Numbered from the stretch's first letter, positions 8,713 through 17,548 are shown. The stretch: DNA of 23,710 nt from Promethearchaeota archaeon (GCA_008080735.1 SHMW01000069.1:1-23710); one strand, 5' to 3'. The notes: generated by a model from the sequence alone, not told the origin. A program made the numbers and translations.

Positions 8713-9561
8713 CTAATTACTGCTCATCTTATTATCTAGCTTTTCTTTTAAGTTGAGAATTTCTTCCCTAAGTTTTTCAATCGTTTTTGCTTGGTCATCA
8801 ATCGTTTTTGCTTGGTCATCAATCGTCCGTTTATTGATTTCATTTTCTGTTAAAAATAATTCATCCTTATCGGGTTTTGCTAATACAAGCCGATAGAGAG
8901 GTTTATCATTCTGAAATTTTCGCTCCCGTTTCTTTATTCCGATTCGAAAAGGTACTATCCCGCTCACATCGATTAGCGCATCCGAGACGAATTCTCCAGA
9001 GACGTTTATGCTTACTTTCCGCAGTTCTTTTATCTTATAATCTCCATTATCTTGTAAGAGATAAGCTCTGGCAAAGGGAGGTTTATATATATTAGTAGCA
9101 ACGTGATAGGAATTAAATACAATATAAAGGGGAATTTCTAGAAGGCGACAGTAATCCAACTTTTCTGCAAGGTCGGAACGCCATGTACTGGGGGAAAGGA
9201 TATTAATTGCCATCGATGGTACTCTATTATCAAAATCTTTAGCTTGATAAGAAGGTAAATCATAGGGAATTTTTAATCCTTTAAAGAAGGAGATATCGAA
9301 TTGGATATCAATTTTTAAGCCATTCTTTTTAAAATAGTGATGGAGGTCCCACATAGTCCGATCGTCCGGAAAATTAGTGGTTAACACGTCGTAAATATAC
9401 GTAATTTCTGCTGAATGAGGTTCACTTTCTCTTCGACCCAATCGTGGGATATTTGGATCATAGGTATCTGGTTCGGCGTCTCGGTGGCGCGTACTTACAA
9501 ACGGTTTTTTATTCCTATCTTCTCTCATCGGTGCATCTGAGCTTTCTTGCATTTTTTTCAC
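8713..9561 (-). CDS. Uma2-like (PD-(D/E)xK-fold) putative endonuclease with atypical catalytic motifs and a C-terminal heptad coiled coil; start probably ATG at 9552
   Basis: SEPHS, IQFDISF, VPSMAINILSPSTWRSDLAEKLDYCRLLEIPLYIVF matches the Uma2 pattern P.L.VEVLSPST...D...K...Y...G(I/V)PEY. A GGTGA SD-like sequence sits just upstream of ATG 9552 and overlaps the GTG called by the ORF track. Confidence 0.72.
   Translation of the reverse strand: MKKMQESSDAPMREDRNKKPFVSTRHRDAEPDTYDPNIPRLGRRESEPHSAEITYIYDVLTTNFPDDRTMWDLHHYFKKNGLKIDIQFDISFFKGLKIPYDLPSYQAKDFDNRVPSMAINILSPSTWRSDLAEKLDYCRLLEIPLYIVFNSYHVATNIYKPPFARAYLLQDNGDYKIKELRKVSINVSGEFVSDALIDVSGIVPFRIGIKKRERKFQNDKPLYRLVLAKPDKDELFLTENEINKRTIDDQAKTIDDQAKTIEKLREEILNLKEKLDNKMSSN
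8777..8826. repeat. Perfect 21-bp tandem repeat (about 2.4 copies) encoding TIDDQAK heptads
   Basis: TCAATCGTTTTTGCTTGGTCA at 8777-8797 and 8798-8818, plus a partial TCAATCGT at 8819-8826. Confidence 0.95.
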
Positions 9562-9722
9562 CTTTCCTATGCTTTATATACAATTAATCTATATAAAAAT
9601 ATTCTTTAATTTCTCAAGCATGATTGAAAAGTGGGAATATACGAAAAAGCCTTATCCTTATTAAACGCTCTCTCGCAAAGGTAACATCTATTCTTATTGA
9701 AGCGAGTAATAATCTTGAGTAG

Positions 9723-10778
9723 CTATTCCAGATCTTCCATTTCATATGGTTTATGAATCAAACTATAGGTATGCTCATCTTTTATTTTATCTTGTATTGA
9801 ATAGAATAAAATATTCTGCTCTTGGGATGTAATCACGGGAAAACCGTAATTAGTTGAGATATATTTGACTTTGCTACGCTTAGAATACTTTTCAACGAAA
9901 TCAATATGCGCTTCTATTCTCTTCTTGTTAATAGTCTCATTTATAATCTTAATCGTTTTTATGTTTCCTTCAAAGATACTTATAAATTCAGAATCAAATT
10001 CAAATCCTATAGAGTTCCTTGCTAAGATCATTGATGCTAATGTGGTGGTTCCCGTACCCCAGAATGGGTCTAAGACCGTATCCCCATAGACAGAAAACAT
10101 ATTTATCAACCGGTAAGGCAATTCGATGGGAAAAGCTGCGGAACGCTCCCTTAAATCACCATTATTTTGTAAAGTTTGGGAAACACCCCTCATATCTTCC
10201 CACATATCTGAAAACCATTTATTACGTTCTTCCCAAAAATAAGCGCTATTATATCGTGTGTCTGATTTCGGTTCGAACATCCTATTTGTTTTTCCTTTTC
10301 GAAATATAAGGATATATTCATGCTCAAGGGTTACATACGCGTTTGTGGGAAGCATTCCCGATCCCATAAATTTTGTGGGACTATTGGTGGGTTTTCTCCA
10401 TAAAATCATAGGAAGTGGAATACATCCGTTATCTTGAAAAAATTGCGAGACTTTTACATGATTAGGGAACAGCTGAAAGGTTTTGCCTATTTTTCGCGTT
10501 GCATCTCCAATATTAATGCAGATTACTCCGCTTTCTTTCACGACACGCACACATTCTTTCCAGACTTCATTTAGATTCTCGTGCATTAGATCATACGCAA
10601 GTTTGCCGTTTTCGTTTTTTAAAGCTAACCCAATATTATCATGTTGAGAGGAAAATAGAACATCCCACATTTCAATCATTGGGTAGGGAGGTGAAGTTAT
10701 AACTAAATCAATTGAATTCGTCTTGATATCTATCATATCACAAGAATCTTGAAAAAAGATAGTATGAGTAGTTTTCAT
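9723..10778 (-). CDS. Beta-class N4-cytosine DNA methyltransferase, M.MthZI/Zim-like (predicted CTAG specificity)
   Basis: Catalytic motif TSPPY precedes the SAM-binding motif DPFWGTGTT (beta order). The segments INIGDATRKIG, PTKFMGSGMLP.NAYVT.EHEYILIFRK and SAYFWEERN.WFSD resemble M.MthZI as I recall it, so the specificity is inferred. Confidence 0.88.
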   Translation of the reverse strand: MKTTHTIFFQDSCDMIDIKTNSIDLVITSPPYPMIEMWDVLFSSQHDNIGLALKNENGKLAYDLMHENLNEVWKECVRVVKESGVICINIGDATRKIGKTFQLFPNHVKVSQFFQDNGCIPLPMILWRKPTNSPTKFMGSGMLPTNAYVTLEHEYILIFRKGKTNRMFEPKSDTRYNSAYFWEERNKWFSDMWEDMRGVSQTLQNNGDLRERSAAFPIELPYRLINMFSVYGDTVLDPFWGTGTTTLASMILARNSIGFEFDSEFISIFEGNIKTIKIINETINKKRIEAHIDFVEKYSKRSKVKYISTNYGFPVITSQEQNILFYSIQDKIKDEHTYSLIHKPYEMEDLE

Positions 10779-10927
10779 TATGATTTGAAGAGGGATAATA
10801 GATTAACCTATACTATCAAATTTTCAAGGCACACTATAAATTTTATTATTAATTCCGAAATTAAACAAAAAATAAGAGATTTTAAGAAAGAAAAAGTAAT
10901 TAAAGATATAAAAAAATTAATAAACAG

Positions 10928-12652
10928 CTATAGAATCCCCATAGAGCCCATCAATTTGGTCGCATCAGGTATTTCAAAGCTTATTTTCACGTCAAGAACT
11001 GCGGGCCTCCCAGAGTTTTTCGCCCGTTGCAGTGCGGGCTTGATTTCAGACGGTTCACTGACAACCTCTCCATAACAACCAAAACCCTCAGCACATTTTG
11101 CATAATCGAATTCGGGAAGGTCCACATCAATATATCGCTTTCCTTTGAATAATTTTTGACCGCTTTTTATCATCCCCCACGCATTATTGTTTGCAACTAC
11201 GATGATTAGGTTTTCGAGATGCAATCGGGACGCAGTCTCTAAGTCTTGCACATTAATCATAAAACTCCCATCTCCAGCTAAGGCAATGACTTGTTTATTA
11301 GGTTGTCCGAGTTTAGCCCCAATGCAGTAAGGGACCGCGGTTCCTAAATGTCCCATCCCAATCGCTTGAACGAGTGATAGTGGCTTTCGAGGTTTATAAA
11401 GATTCACTTGCTCTAACCCGAAGCACGCGATATCGCCACCATCCATTATTAAAATCGCATCCTCGTCCATGAATTCATACATCTCTTTAATTAATCTCTG
11501 CGGAAGAATTGGCACCTTATCTTTGGTTGCTTTTCTCATTATAGATTTCTTATACTTCTCATGCAAATCTTGTAAAGAATCCAACCATTCTCTTGACTGA
11601 ATTCGCTCTTTCGTTTGAGCAGCATCTAAGATTTGCTTTAAAAAGACTTTACAATCTGCTACAATCCCAAGTTCAATTGGTTTAGCACGACCAATTATTG
11701 CTGGATCGATATCAACTTGAATTAACTTTTGTTCATCATTCCAGAAAGGCTCCTCTCCATGACCTAAACAATATGAAAATTTACATCCTAATGCGAGAAT
11801 CACATCTGAATTACTCGCGGCGTGAAGAGCAGAGCTTACAGTAATTGTGGAACCGATAAAGCATTCTGAATCGATTGATATCGTTCCGACACCCCTATGT
11901 GTAGTCATTACCGGAATTTTTAAGTATTCCGCGAACTTTCGTAACTCCTCCCATGCTTCTGCCATCATAACCCCTCCACCTGAAATGATCACGGGTTTTT
12001 CAGCGGTTAATAGCATATCCAATGCTCGAGAAAGAGAATTTGGATCAATTCCCGGCTTGATCTGTGCTCGATATTTTTCTGGTGGCGGGATCTTAAGTTC
12101 ATCTTCATAGATTTCCTCTAAAAATGCATCCTCATAGATTTCTAAAAGAACTGGACGAGGTCTTCCTCCAGTTGCCTGTCGAAAACATTTTTCAATTGCA
12201 TCGGGGATCTTATTCAAATCCCTAATAGACCTTTGAAATTTCGTAATCGGTTTGAACATTGTTATTTGGTCGAGGTTACCTTGGAGGGTAAAAGTGTCAT
12301 CGAATTGACTATTGACTTGTGGTACTATAGCGAGAAGAGGGATGTTATCGCTCCAAGCAGTTCCAATTCCCGGTACTAAATGAAGCGCTCCGGGTCCAAC
12401 TGTTCCAAAGCATACTCCGGGCTTGTTCGTCACCCTTGCATATGCATCGGCTGCGTGTGCTGCAGCTTGCTCGTGGCGGAATAATACCGTTTGAATCCCT
12501 TTTTCTTCACCCCATTTATAGATAGCATCATACATATTTAGGAATTGCCCACCAGGAATGCCAAACAGATATTCCACCCCTTCATTTAGCAAAGCTTTGA
12601 TTAAAACATCTCCACCATTAATCTTTTTTTTCTCTTCTGACAAAAATTCCAC
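10928..12652 (-). CDS. Thiamine-diphosphate-dependent enzyme, acetolactate synthase large subunit / 2-hydroxyacyl-CoA lyase-like
   Basis: FGIPGG, RHEQAAAHAADAYAR (cofactor-activating Glu), GPG, GRPRPVLLEI, IQVDID, and the ThDP motif GDGSF...NNNAWG. The start may instead be TTG at 12643. Confidence 0.9.
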   Translation of the reverse strand: MEFLSEEKKKINGGDVLIKALLNEGVEYLFGIPGGQFLNMYDAIYKWGEEKGIQTVLFRHEQAAAHAADAYARVTNKPGVCFGTVGPGALHLVPGIGTAWSDNIPLLAIVPQVNSQFDDTFTLQGNLDQITMFKPITKFQRSIRDLNKIPDAIEKCFRQATGGRPRPVLLEIYEDAFLEEIYEDELKIPPPEKYRAQIKPGIDPNSLSRALDMLLTAEKPVIISGGGVMMAEAWEELRKFAEYLKIPVMTTHRGVGTISIDSECFIGSTITVSSALHAASNSDVILALGCKFSYCLGHGEEPFWNDEQKLIQVDIDPAIIGRAKPIELGIVADCKVFLKQILDAAQTKERIQSREWLDSLQDLHEKYKKSIMRKATKDKVPILPQRLIKEMYEFMDEDAILIMDGGDIACFGLEQVNLYKPRKPLSLVQAIGMGHLGTAVPYCIGAKLGQPNKQVIALAGDGSFMINVQDLETASRLHLENLIIVVANNNAWGMIKSGQKLFKGKRYIDVDLPEFDYAKCAEGFGCYGEVVSEPSEIKPALQRAKNSGRPAVLDVKISFEIPDATKLMGSMGIL

Positions 12653-12825
12653 CTTCTTTGGTAATATTTAATTTGTTATAGATCTTGATTCTTTCAGTTT
12701 AAATAATTATCTAATTAAAATATGATCAAGATCATTCGCGCTTTTGTAAATGAATTGGTTTATATCTCAATTTGTAATTATCTGTAAAGAACAAATAAGG
12801 AAATATCGCATTCAATCTGGATTGT

Positions 12826-13863
12826 TCATTTGAGAATAATGGGTTCTAAAAACTCTGGCAGATTTCTGATCTTATTTCCGATAATCCTAAGGGAGCGCAA
12901 TGAGGTCATATCTTTTAAAAATTCAGGTATTGTTTCGATATTGTTAAATCTTATATCCAAATGTTGTAAAATTTCCAGATTAGATAAAAAATTAGGGATT
13001 GCTTCCAAATTATTATAACTTAAATCAAGGTATTCTAATTTTTTCAGTCTTCCGAGAGATATAGGGATTGTGTTAAAATAATTTTGACTAAGATCTAATT
13101 TTTTAAGATTTTCTAAATTCTCGATAGAAGAGGGTAAATAAGTGTTGTTAAACGATTCTAAGCCCATTTGGACCAATAATGAGAGCAATAAATCCAAATC
13201 ACGATATTTTTTTAAGGAAGATAATTGTCCGGGATATTTTCTAATAAATCTCCATTTATAAAAATTTAATTTCAATTCTACTATTTGATTGTTTTGCACC
13301 AATAGCCAAGAATCATTAATTCCAAGTTTTTGAAGCCCTTTATAAAATTCATATGTATTATCATCGATTTCCGAGACTATTTTAGCATCCGCAAAGATTT
13401 TTTCGACGTCTAAAATAAATTTTGCTTCCTTTTCGTTAATTTTTAATTGCTCTGCGAAAAATTCTAACCTTCTATCTATATATTTTTGTAAATCGGCACT
13501 CGCACTGTTTAGATTTTTATTAACAAGAGAGACCAATTTTTGGAGGACGATGGGTGATTTTTCTTTATTAATTACCCATTTTAAAGACTTTATACTGCGC
13601 TCAGGAAATTCTTGAACTAGTATTTCCGCTGCCTCCGCCCTAATTCGAGGATTTTGATCCGATATGAGTACGTTCTCCAATAATTTAAAAGTTTTCAGAT
13701 CATTTTGAAGGTATTTTCGAAATGTCCTTAGGTATTCAATTCGAGCCTTATGACTCTGTGCCCCCTCGAAGAGGGATATGATCAATTCTGATGCACGGAT
13801 TTTGCTAATTCCTCCATTCTGTACTTGTTGCCGTATTTCTTCTAAATTTTTCAAATCGTTCAA
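12826..13863 (-). CDS. HEAT-like N-terminal domain plus leucine-rich-repeat protein
   Basis: N-terminal helical repeat LLENVLISDQNPRIRAEAAEIL. C-terminal LRRs LKKLDLSQNYFNTIP, LEYLDLSYNNLEAIP, LQHLDIRFNNIETIP, LRSLRIIGNKIRNLP. Confidence 0.88.
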   Translation of the reverse strand: MNDLKNLEEIRQQVQNGGISKIRASELIISLFEGAQSHKARIEYLRTFRKYLQNDLKTFKLLENVLISDQNPRIRAEAAEILVQEFPERSIKSLKWVINKEKSPIVLQKLVSLVNKNLNSASADLQKYIDRRLEFFAEQLKINEKEAKFILDVEKIFADAKIVSEIDDNTYEFYKGLQKLGINDSWLLVQNNQIVELKLNFYKWRFIRKYPGQLSSLKKYRDLDLLLSLLVQMGLESFNNTYLPSSIENLENLKKLDLSQNYFNTIPISLGRLKKLEYLDLSYNNLEAIPNFLSNLEILQHLDIRFNNIETIPEFLKDMTSLRSLRIIGNKIRNLPEFLEPIILK

Positions 13864-14060
13864 AATTTTTAAAACCTAAATTTTTGAGGAATAGATATAA
13901 TGAGAACTCCTATTTTCTATATATGTATTTGCTTTCAAATAATCTTTCATTATAATCAAGAAATAAGGATTTTGCGAATGATAATACCACCACCAGATAA
14001 GAAGCAATTGTAAAATAAAAACAAAGAATTAGGATAGTTATAATATCGATTATAGGATTT

Positions 14061-14456
14061 CTAAGATTTTTGCAGTTTTGCAAGGCTTTTTTCTAAACTT
14101 TTGATTTCCTTCTCTACAGCTTTTATACGCGATTTCTTTTCCTTTTCAATATCTTTTAACTTGTTTTTTAATTCCTTTGATTTGGATTTTTTCAAAGTTT
14201 TTAACTCTTTTGTTAATTCTTTTACCACTGATTTCAGTTCTTTTGCCTTAGTAGCCCACTCATCTGCTTTTTGGATCGCCTCTTCCAAATTCTGCTCCTC
14301 CGCATTTAGAGCTTCTTTTGTTTCCTTAATTTTCCCATCATATGTTTTTTCTAGTTCTGGCTCAACAGAGGCTTCTCTTTTAGTAATTTCTTCTTCAATT
14401 TTACTTATTTCATCCTTCTTATCACTAATTTGATTTTTCAGTTCCTCTTCCGACAT
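14061..14456 (-). CDS. Small E/K-rich coiled-coil hypothetical protein (about 131 aa)
   Basis: Heptad-rich and almost entirely helical. ATG at 14456 (MSEEELKNQ) is preferred over the non-ATG start at 14498. Confidence 0.75.
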   Translation of the reverse strand: MSEEELKNQISDKKDEISKIEEEITKREASVEPELEKTYDGKIKETKEALNAEEQNLEEAIQKADEWATKAKELKSVVKELTKELKTLKKSKSKELKNKLKDIEKEKKSRIKAVEKEIKSLEKSLAKLQKS

Positions 14457-14650
14457 ATTTATATGACCATTAATAGTTTTTACAAATTGAATTCTCAATT
14501 ATCGTTATGTTAAAATAAATTGCAATTATTATTTTTATGTATTTGTATTCCTTTTTCTCTTTCTATATTCCAACTGTGGTAAAAAAATCGAATAATAAGA
14601 AATACGAATAATATAGAAAAAAATTAGATAAAAAAAGTACGATGGATAAG

Positions 14651-15673
14651 CTAGTCGATATCCTCTCCTAACGCTTTTCGTGCTAAATTACTGAGTAAAT
14701 AATTTTTCATGCCTTTCCGCTCTACTTTTGAGCCCATAGTTTCCATACACATCGGGCAATTATAAAATACGACTTCAGCATCATGATCAAGCATATCTTG
14801 TACATTTTTGTTTTGTGTTTCCCGCATTAACTTTTTCTTTCCAAGCATCGGAAGCGGGCCACCACAACAAAGTGCATTTTCTCTGTCATATTCTCTTTCT
14901 ACCCGTTCGACACCAATTAAATCACATATTTTATCCACATATTCATCGGTTTCAGGCATGAATCGATTTGAACAGTTTCGTTGATAGGCACCCTTAATGT
15001 TTAATTTCTGAATTTCGGACTCATGATCTTTAAGGTAATTGTAGATATATTCGAATAAATGAATTGGATTAAACCCATCTGGAAGCTCGATATCATTCCT
15101 CGGACAATAGGAAGAATATAATCCATAACATTCATCATGAAAGCAGATCATATCCTTGATGCCTTGTTTTTCGATATTCTCAAGAATTTGAGGAGCTCTT
15201 TCTTTTATTATCGAATCTTTTGCAATATGATGATACAACAAATTACAGAAGAAATCTCTTCCGCCCACATATTGCAAATCATCAAACATAGTCCCTTCCA
15301 TATCTTCAGAGTTGGTTTTAATGAAAGCACATTTGTTCAGTGTTGGTTTATCCGGATCAATATCATCCCACGGTTTAAAATCACTATGAGGCTCATACAT
15401 CTTAACCATTCGTTGTACCATCCCTTCATTCACATCCAAGGAATTATTTTTTTCTTGAAGAGTGGTGATGAGATCGAAGGGATGAGAATTATAAGGACAG
15501 TATTCATCGCATGCAAAGCATGTGATACATTCAGATAATACCCTTGAATCTCCATTTTCGATCATATTATTCATTTCAGAGCGAGCATCCTCAACTCCGT
15601 CAAAATCAATCCATTGACACTTCATTAAGCAATCGATTCCTTCACAGTTGCCACAATTTGACTTATCAAACAT
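14651..15673 (-). CDS. Fe-S protein with an N-terminal ferredoxin-like region and a cysteine-rich CCG domain (HdrD/GlpC-like)
   Basis: CGNCEGIDCLMKC and CITCFACDEYCP; C-terminal AYQRNC...ALCCGG...YNCPMC (CCG motif). The first CCG-like copy is degenerate (FFCN...CFHDECY). Confidence 0.85.
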   Translation of the reverse strand: MFDKSNCGNCEGIDCLMKCQWIDFDGVEDARSEMNNMIENGDSRVLSECITCFACDEYCPYNSHPFDLITTLQEKNNSLDVNEGMVQRMVKMYEPHSDFKPWDDIDPDKPTLNKCAFIKTNSEDMEGTMFDDLQYVGGRDFFCNLLYHHIAKDSIIKERAPQILENIEKQGIKDMICFHDECYGLYSSYCPRNDIELPDGFNPIHLFEYIYNYLKDHESEIQKLNIKGAYQRNCSNRFMPETDEYVDKICDLIGVERVEREYDRENALCCGGPLPMLGKKKLMRETQNKNVQDMLDHDAEVVFYNCPMCMETMGSKVERKGMKNYLLSNLARKALGEDID

Positions 15674-15980
15674 CTTTTAGTTCAGTTTAGTAGATTTATT
15701 TTTAGTTTATTAATGAATGAATATTTGAAATTAATATTCAACTTATATAAATAGCTTTAGATTTAAAATCGTTGGGTTTAATTGGAATAAGTAGAGATTT
15801 AAAATAATTAGGTGTAAAATTTTTTGTCGAGATTAAATAAGACCTAATTAAGTCCAGAACTAAAAAATTTTCTATATATTTAAATCTGATAATTAGTGAT
15901 AATCATTTCTGATTAATTATTAAAGATTTGAGACCATTTCCCCATAAAATTGGATTCTTCTCATTTTTTTAATAGCAACC

Positions 15981-16040
15981 TTTAAATAAAAGATGTACAA
16001 AAATATTAATCACAGATTTGAGAGAGATCTGTGAAATCTG
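15981..16040 (+). promoter_or_regulatory. TATA-like box followed by an 8-bp inverted repeat upstream of the C45 hydrolase gene
   Basis: TTTAAATA at 15981-15988; TCACAGAT(16010-16017)-N9-ATCTGTGA(16027-16034). Confidence 0.4.
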
Positions 16041-16067
16041 AATAAAACAAAAAAACGGACGAGAGTT

Positions 16068-17522
16068 ATGATGCAGAAAAAAACTAAAATAACTGTAATC
16101 TTAAGTCTTGTAATGGTGATGGGGCTTACTCCTTTAGCGTTCATTAATTTTGGGTCTGCAGCACCTGGAGATATCATCGCTACTTGCGGCGATGGATATA
16201 TCAAAGACCTTGGAAATGGTAAGGAGTTAATGCACTTGGAAGGAAGTCCTTTTGAAATGGGATATCAGCAAGGATATTTAGATCCTATAAGCGTATCTCA
16301 ATTAGCGAGTCAAGATTGGTTTGAAACGGTCATAATGAACCTCTTAGATGCTCCGGAGTGGATTCTATCCATTATTTTGGGAGATATTATGGATTATGGC
16401 CGTTTACAAGATGAGGTAGGGAGCGTCATTGATGATGCGACCCTTCAGCAACTTGCTGCCTCTTCCGGCGATAGTATTGAAGTAATGTTAGAAAAAATGA
16501 TGGACTTATGTACATTACTGGCATGGGAAAATCTTCAATACACACCTTATGAATATTATGAGGAAATGGTCGGATTATACTATGGTGTGTATGATGCGGG
16601 ATATTACGTACCATTTGACGACATTTTACTCTTAAATATGGGTATGGATGCGATGTTAGCATTAGCATATCCAGTTGTCGAACCTTGGCTCTTCTGGATG
16701 GACTTGTTTGCCTTTCTTTCATGTAGCGGATTTGTTGCCGAAGATGATGCCACCGTTGGTGGTCATACCATCATGGGGAGGCATTGGCAATTTACCAGCT
16801 ACGTATTATATGAGGAGATGATGTTTATGGAATTTGTTCCTGATTCAGGAAATTCATTCCTAAGCACCTCAGCCCCAGGATTTATTGGAGTTACCTCGGC
16901 TATGAATAATCAGGGTTTGGGAATTGGTAATGATATGGTTCCCGCTCAAGATTGTAATCCCGCTCGATACGGTATGGGTACACTCCTAACTACCCGATAC
17001 GTTATGCAGTATACGTCCCAATTGAGTGAAGCAATTAGTTTCATTCAGAACTCCATTCGAGGAGTTTCGTGGATTTATGGTATTGGTGATGGTAGAAATG
17101 GTGAGACCGGTGGTGTTGCTCTTGAAACATCAGAACATTATTGTTCAATTCGATCTATGAGTTATGAGCACCCATGGTGGGCTATCTTCTCCCACGATCA
17201 GATTGAGCATAAGAATGATTTGGTAACATATACCAATCATTACATCTATCGTAGAATGAACGATTGGGCCGATTCAACAGCTATAGACGACTCAAAAGAT
17301 AGATATAGCTGGTTAACGAATGAAGCCCTAAATGTATATGGTTCAATTGATCTTGAAGTAGGAGCAGACTTAATCGATTATCTCCATCCCCCTGCATATG
17401 ATTATTACAGCGATCCAAGTGGTCCTGTAGGTGCGGCGGTCACAGCATGGGATTTAACCACATTACAAGCAAAAGCTCTATGGGGTCATTATGATGATCC
17501 ATGGGTATACGCCTCCTTATAA
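16068..17522 (+). CDS. Secreted Ntn-hydrolase of the C45 / acyl-CoA:6-APA acyltransferase type (autoproteolytic)
   Basis: Signal peptide MMQKKTKITVILSLVMVMGLTPLAFINFGSAA; LEGSPFEMGYQQG; LLLN; predicted nucleophile Cys219 in LS|CSGFVA; MGRHWQF; PGFIGVTSAMNNQGL; YTNHY; DSKDRY. Confidence 0.85.
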   Translation: MMQKKTKITVILSLVMVMGLTPLAFINFGSAAPGDIIATCGDGYIKDLGNGKELMHLEGSPFEMGYQQGYLDPISVSQLASQDWFETVIMNLLDAPEWILSIILGDIMDYGRLQDEVGSVIDDATLQQLAASSGDSIEVMLEKMMDLCTLLAWENLQYTPYEYYEEMVGLYYGVYDAGYYVPFDDILLLNMGMDAMLALAYPVVEPWLFWMDLFAFLSCSGFVAEDDATVGGHTIMGRHWQFTSYVLYEEMMFMEFVPDSGNSFLSTSAPGFIGVTSAMNNQGLGIGNDMVPAQDCNPARYGMGTLLTTRYVMQYTSQLSEAISFIQNSIRGVSWIYGIGDGRNGETGGVALETSEHYCSIRSMSYEHPWWAIFSHDQIEHKNDLVTYTNHYIYRRMNDWADSTAIDDSKDRYSWLTNEALNVYGSIDLEVGADLIDYLHPPAYDYYSDPSGPVGAAVTAWDLTTLQAKALWGHYDDPWVYASL

Positions 17523-17548
17523 ACCTTAAATCATTATAATATTCCAAC

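Noticed and set aside
8703-8716. 14-bp palindrome TTAGTAATTACTAA at the Uma2-like stop codon
   Set aside because: Almost all A/T, single occurrence, no supporting context.
8777-8826. Tandem repeat considered as a CRISPR array
   Set aside because: No spacers; the repeats are contiguous, in frame and protein-coding.
7267-9621. 11-bp direct repeat TTCTCAAGCAT (7267-7277 and 9611-9621) as att sites of a tRNA-linked island
   Set aside because: It is not part of the tRNA, no integrase is present, and 11-mers recur by chance many times in 24 kb of AT-rich DNA.
14061-14456. Assigning the small coiled-coil protein to ESCRT-III/PspA, prefoldin or an ATPase stalk subunit
   Set aside because: Only generic heptads are visible, with no family-specific motif or supportive gene neighbourhood.
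7561-16722. Remaining short alternate ORFs in this span (7561, 7811, 8877, 9865, 10019, 10749, 11847, 12830, 14101, 15137, 16010, 16426)
   Set aside because: Each overlaps a better-supported gene on the opposite strand; the hydrophobic F/S/L-rich ones are antisense echoes of E/K-rich coding sequence.
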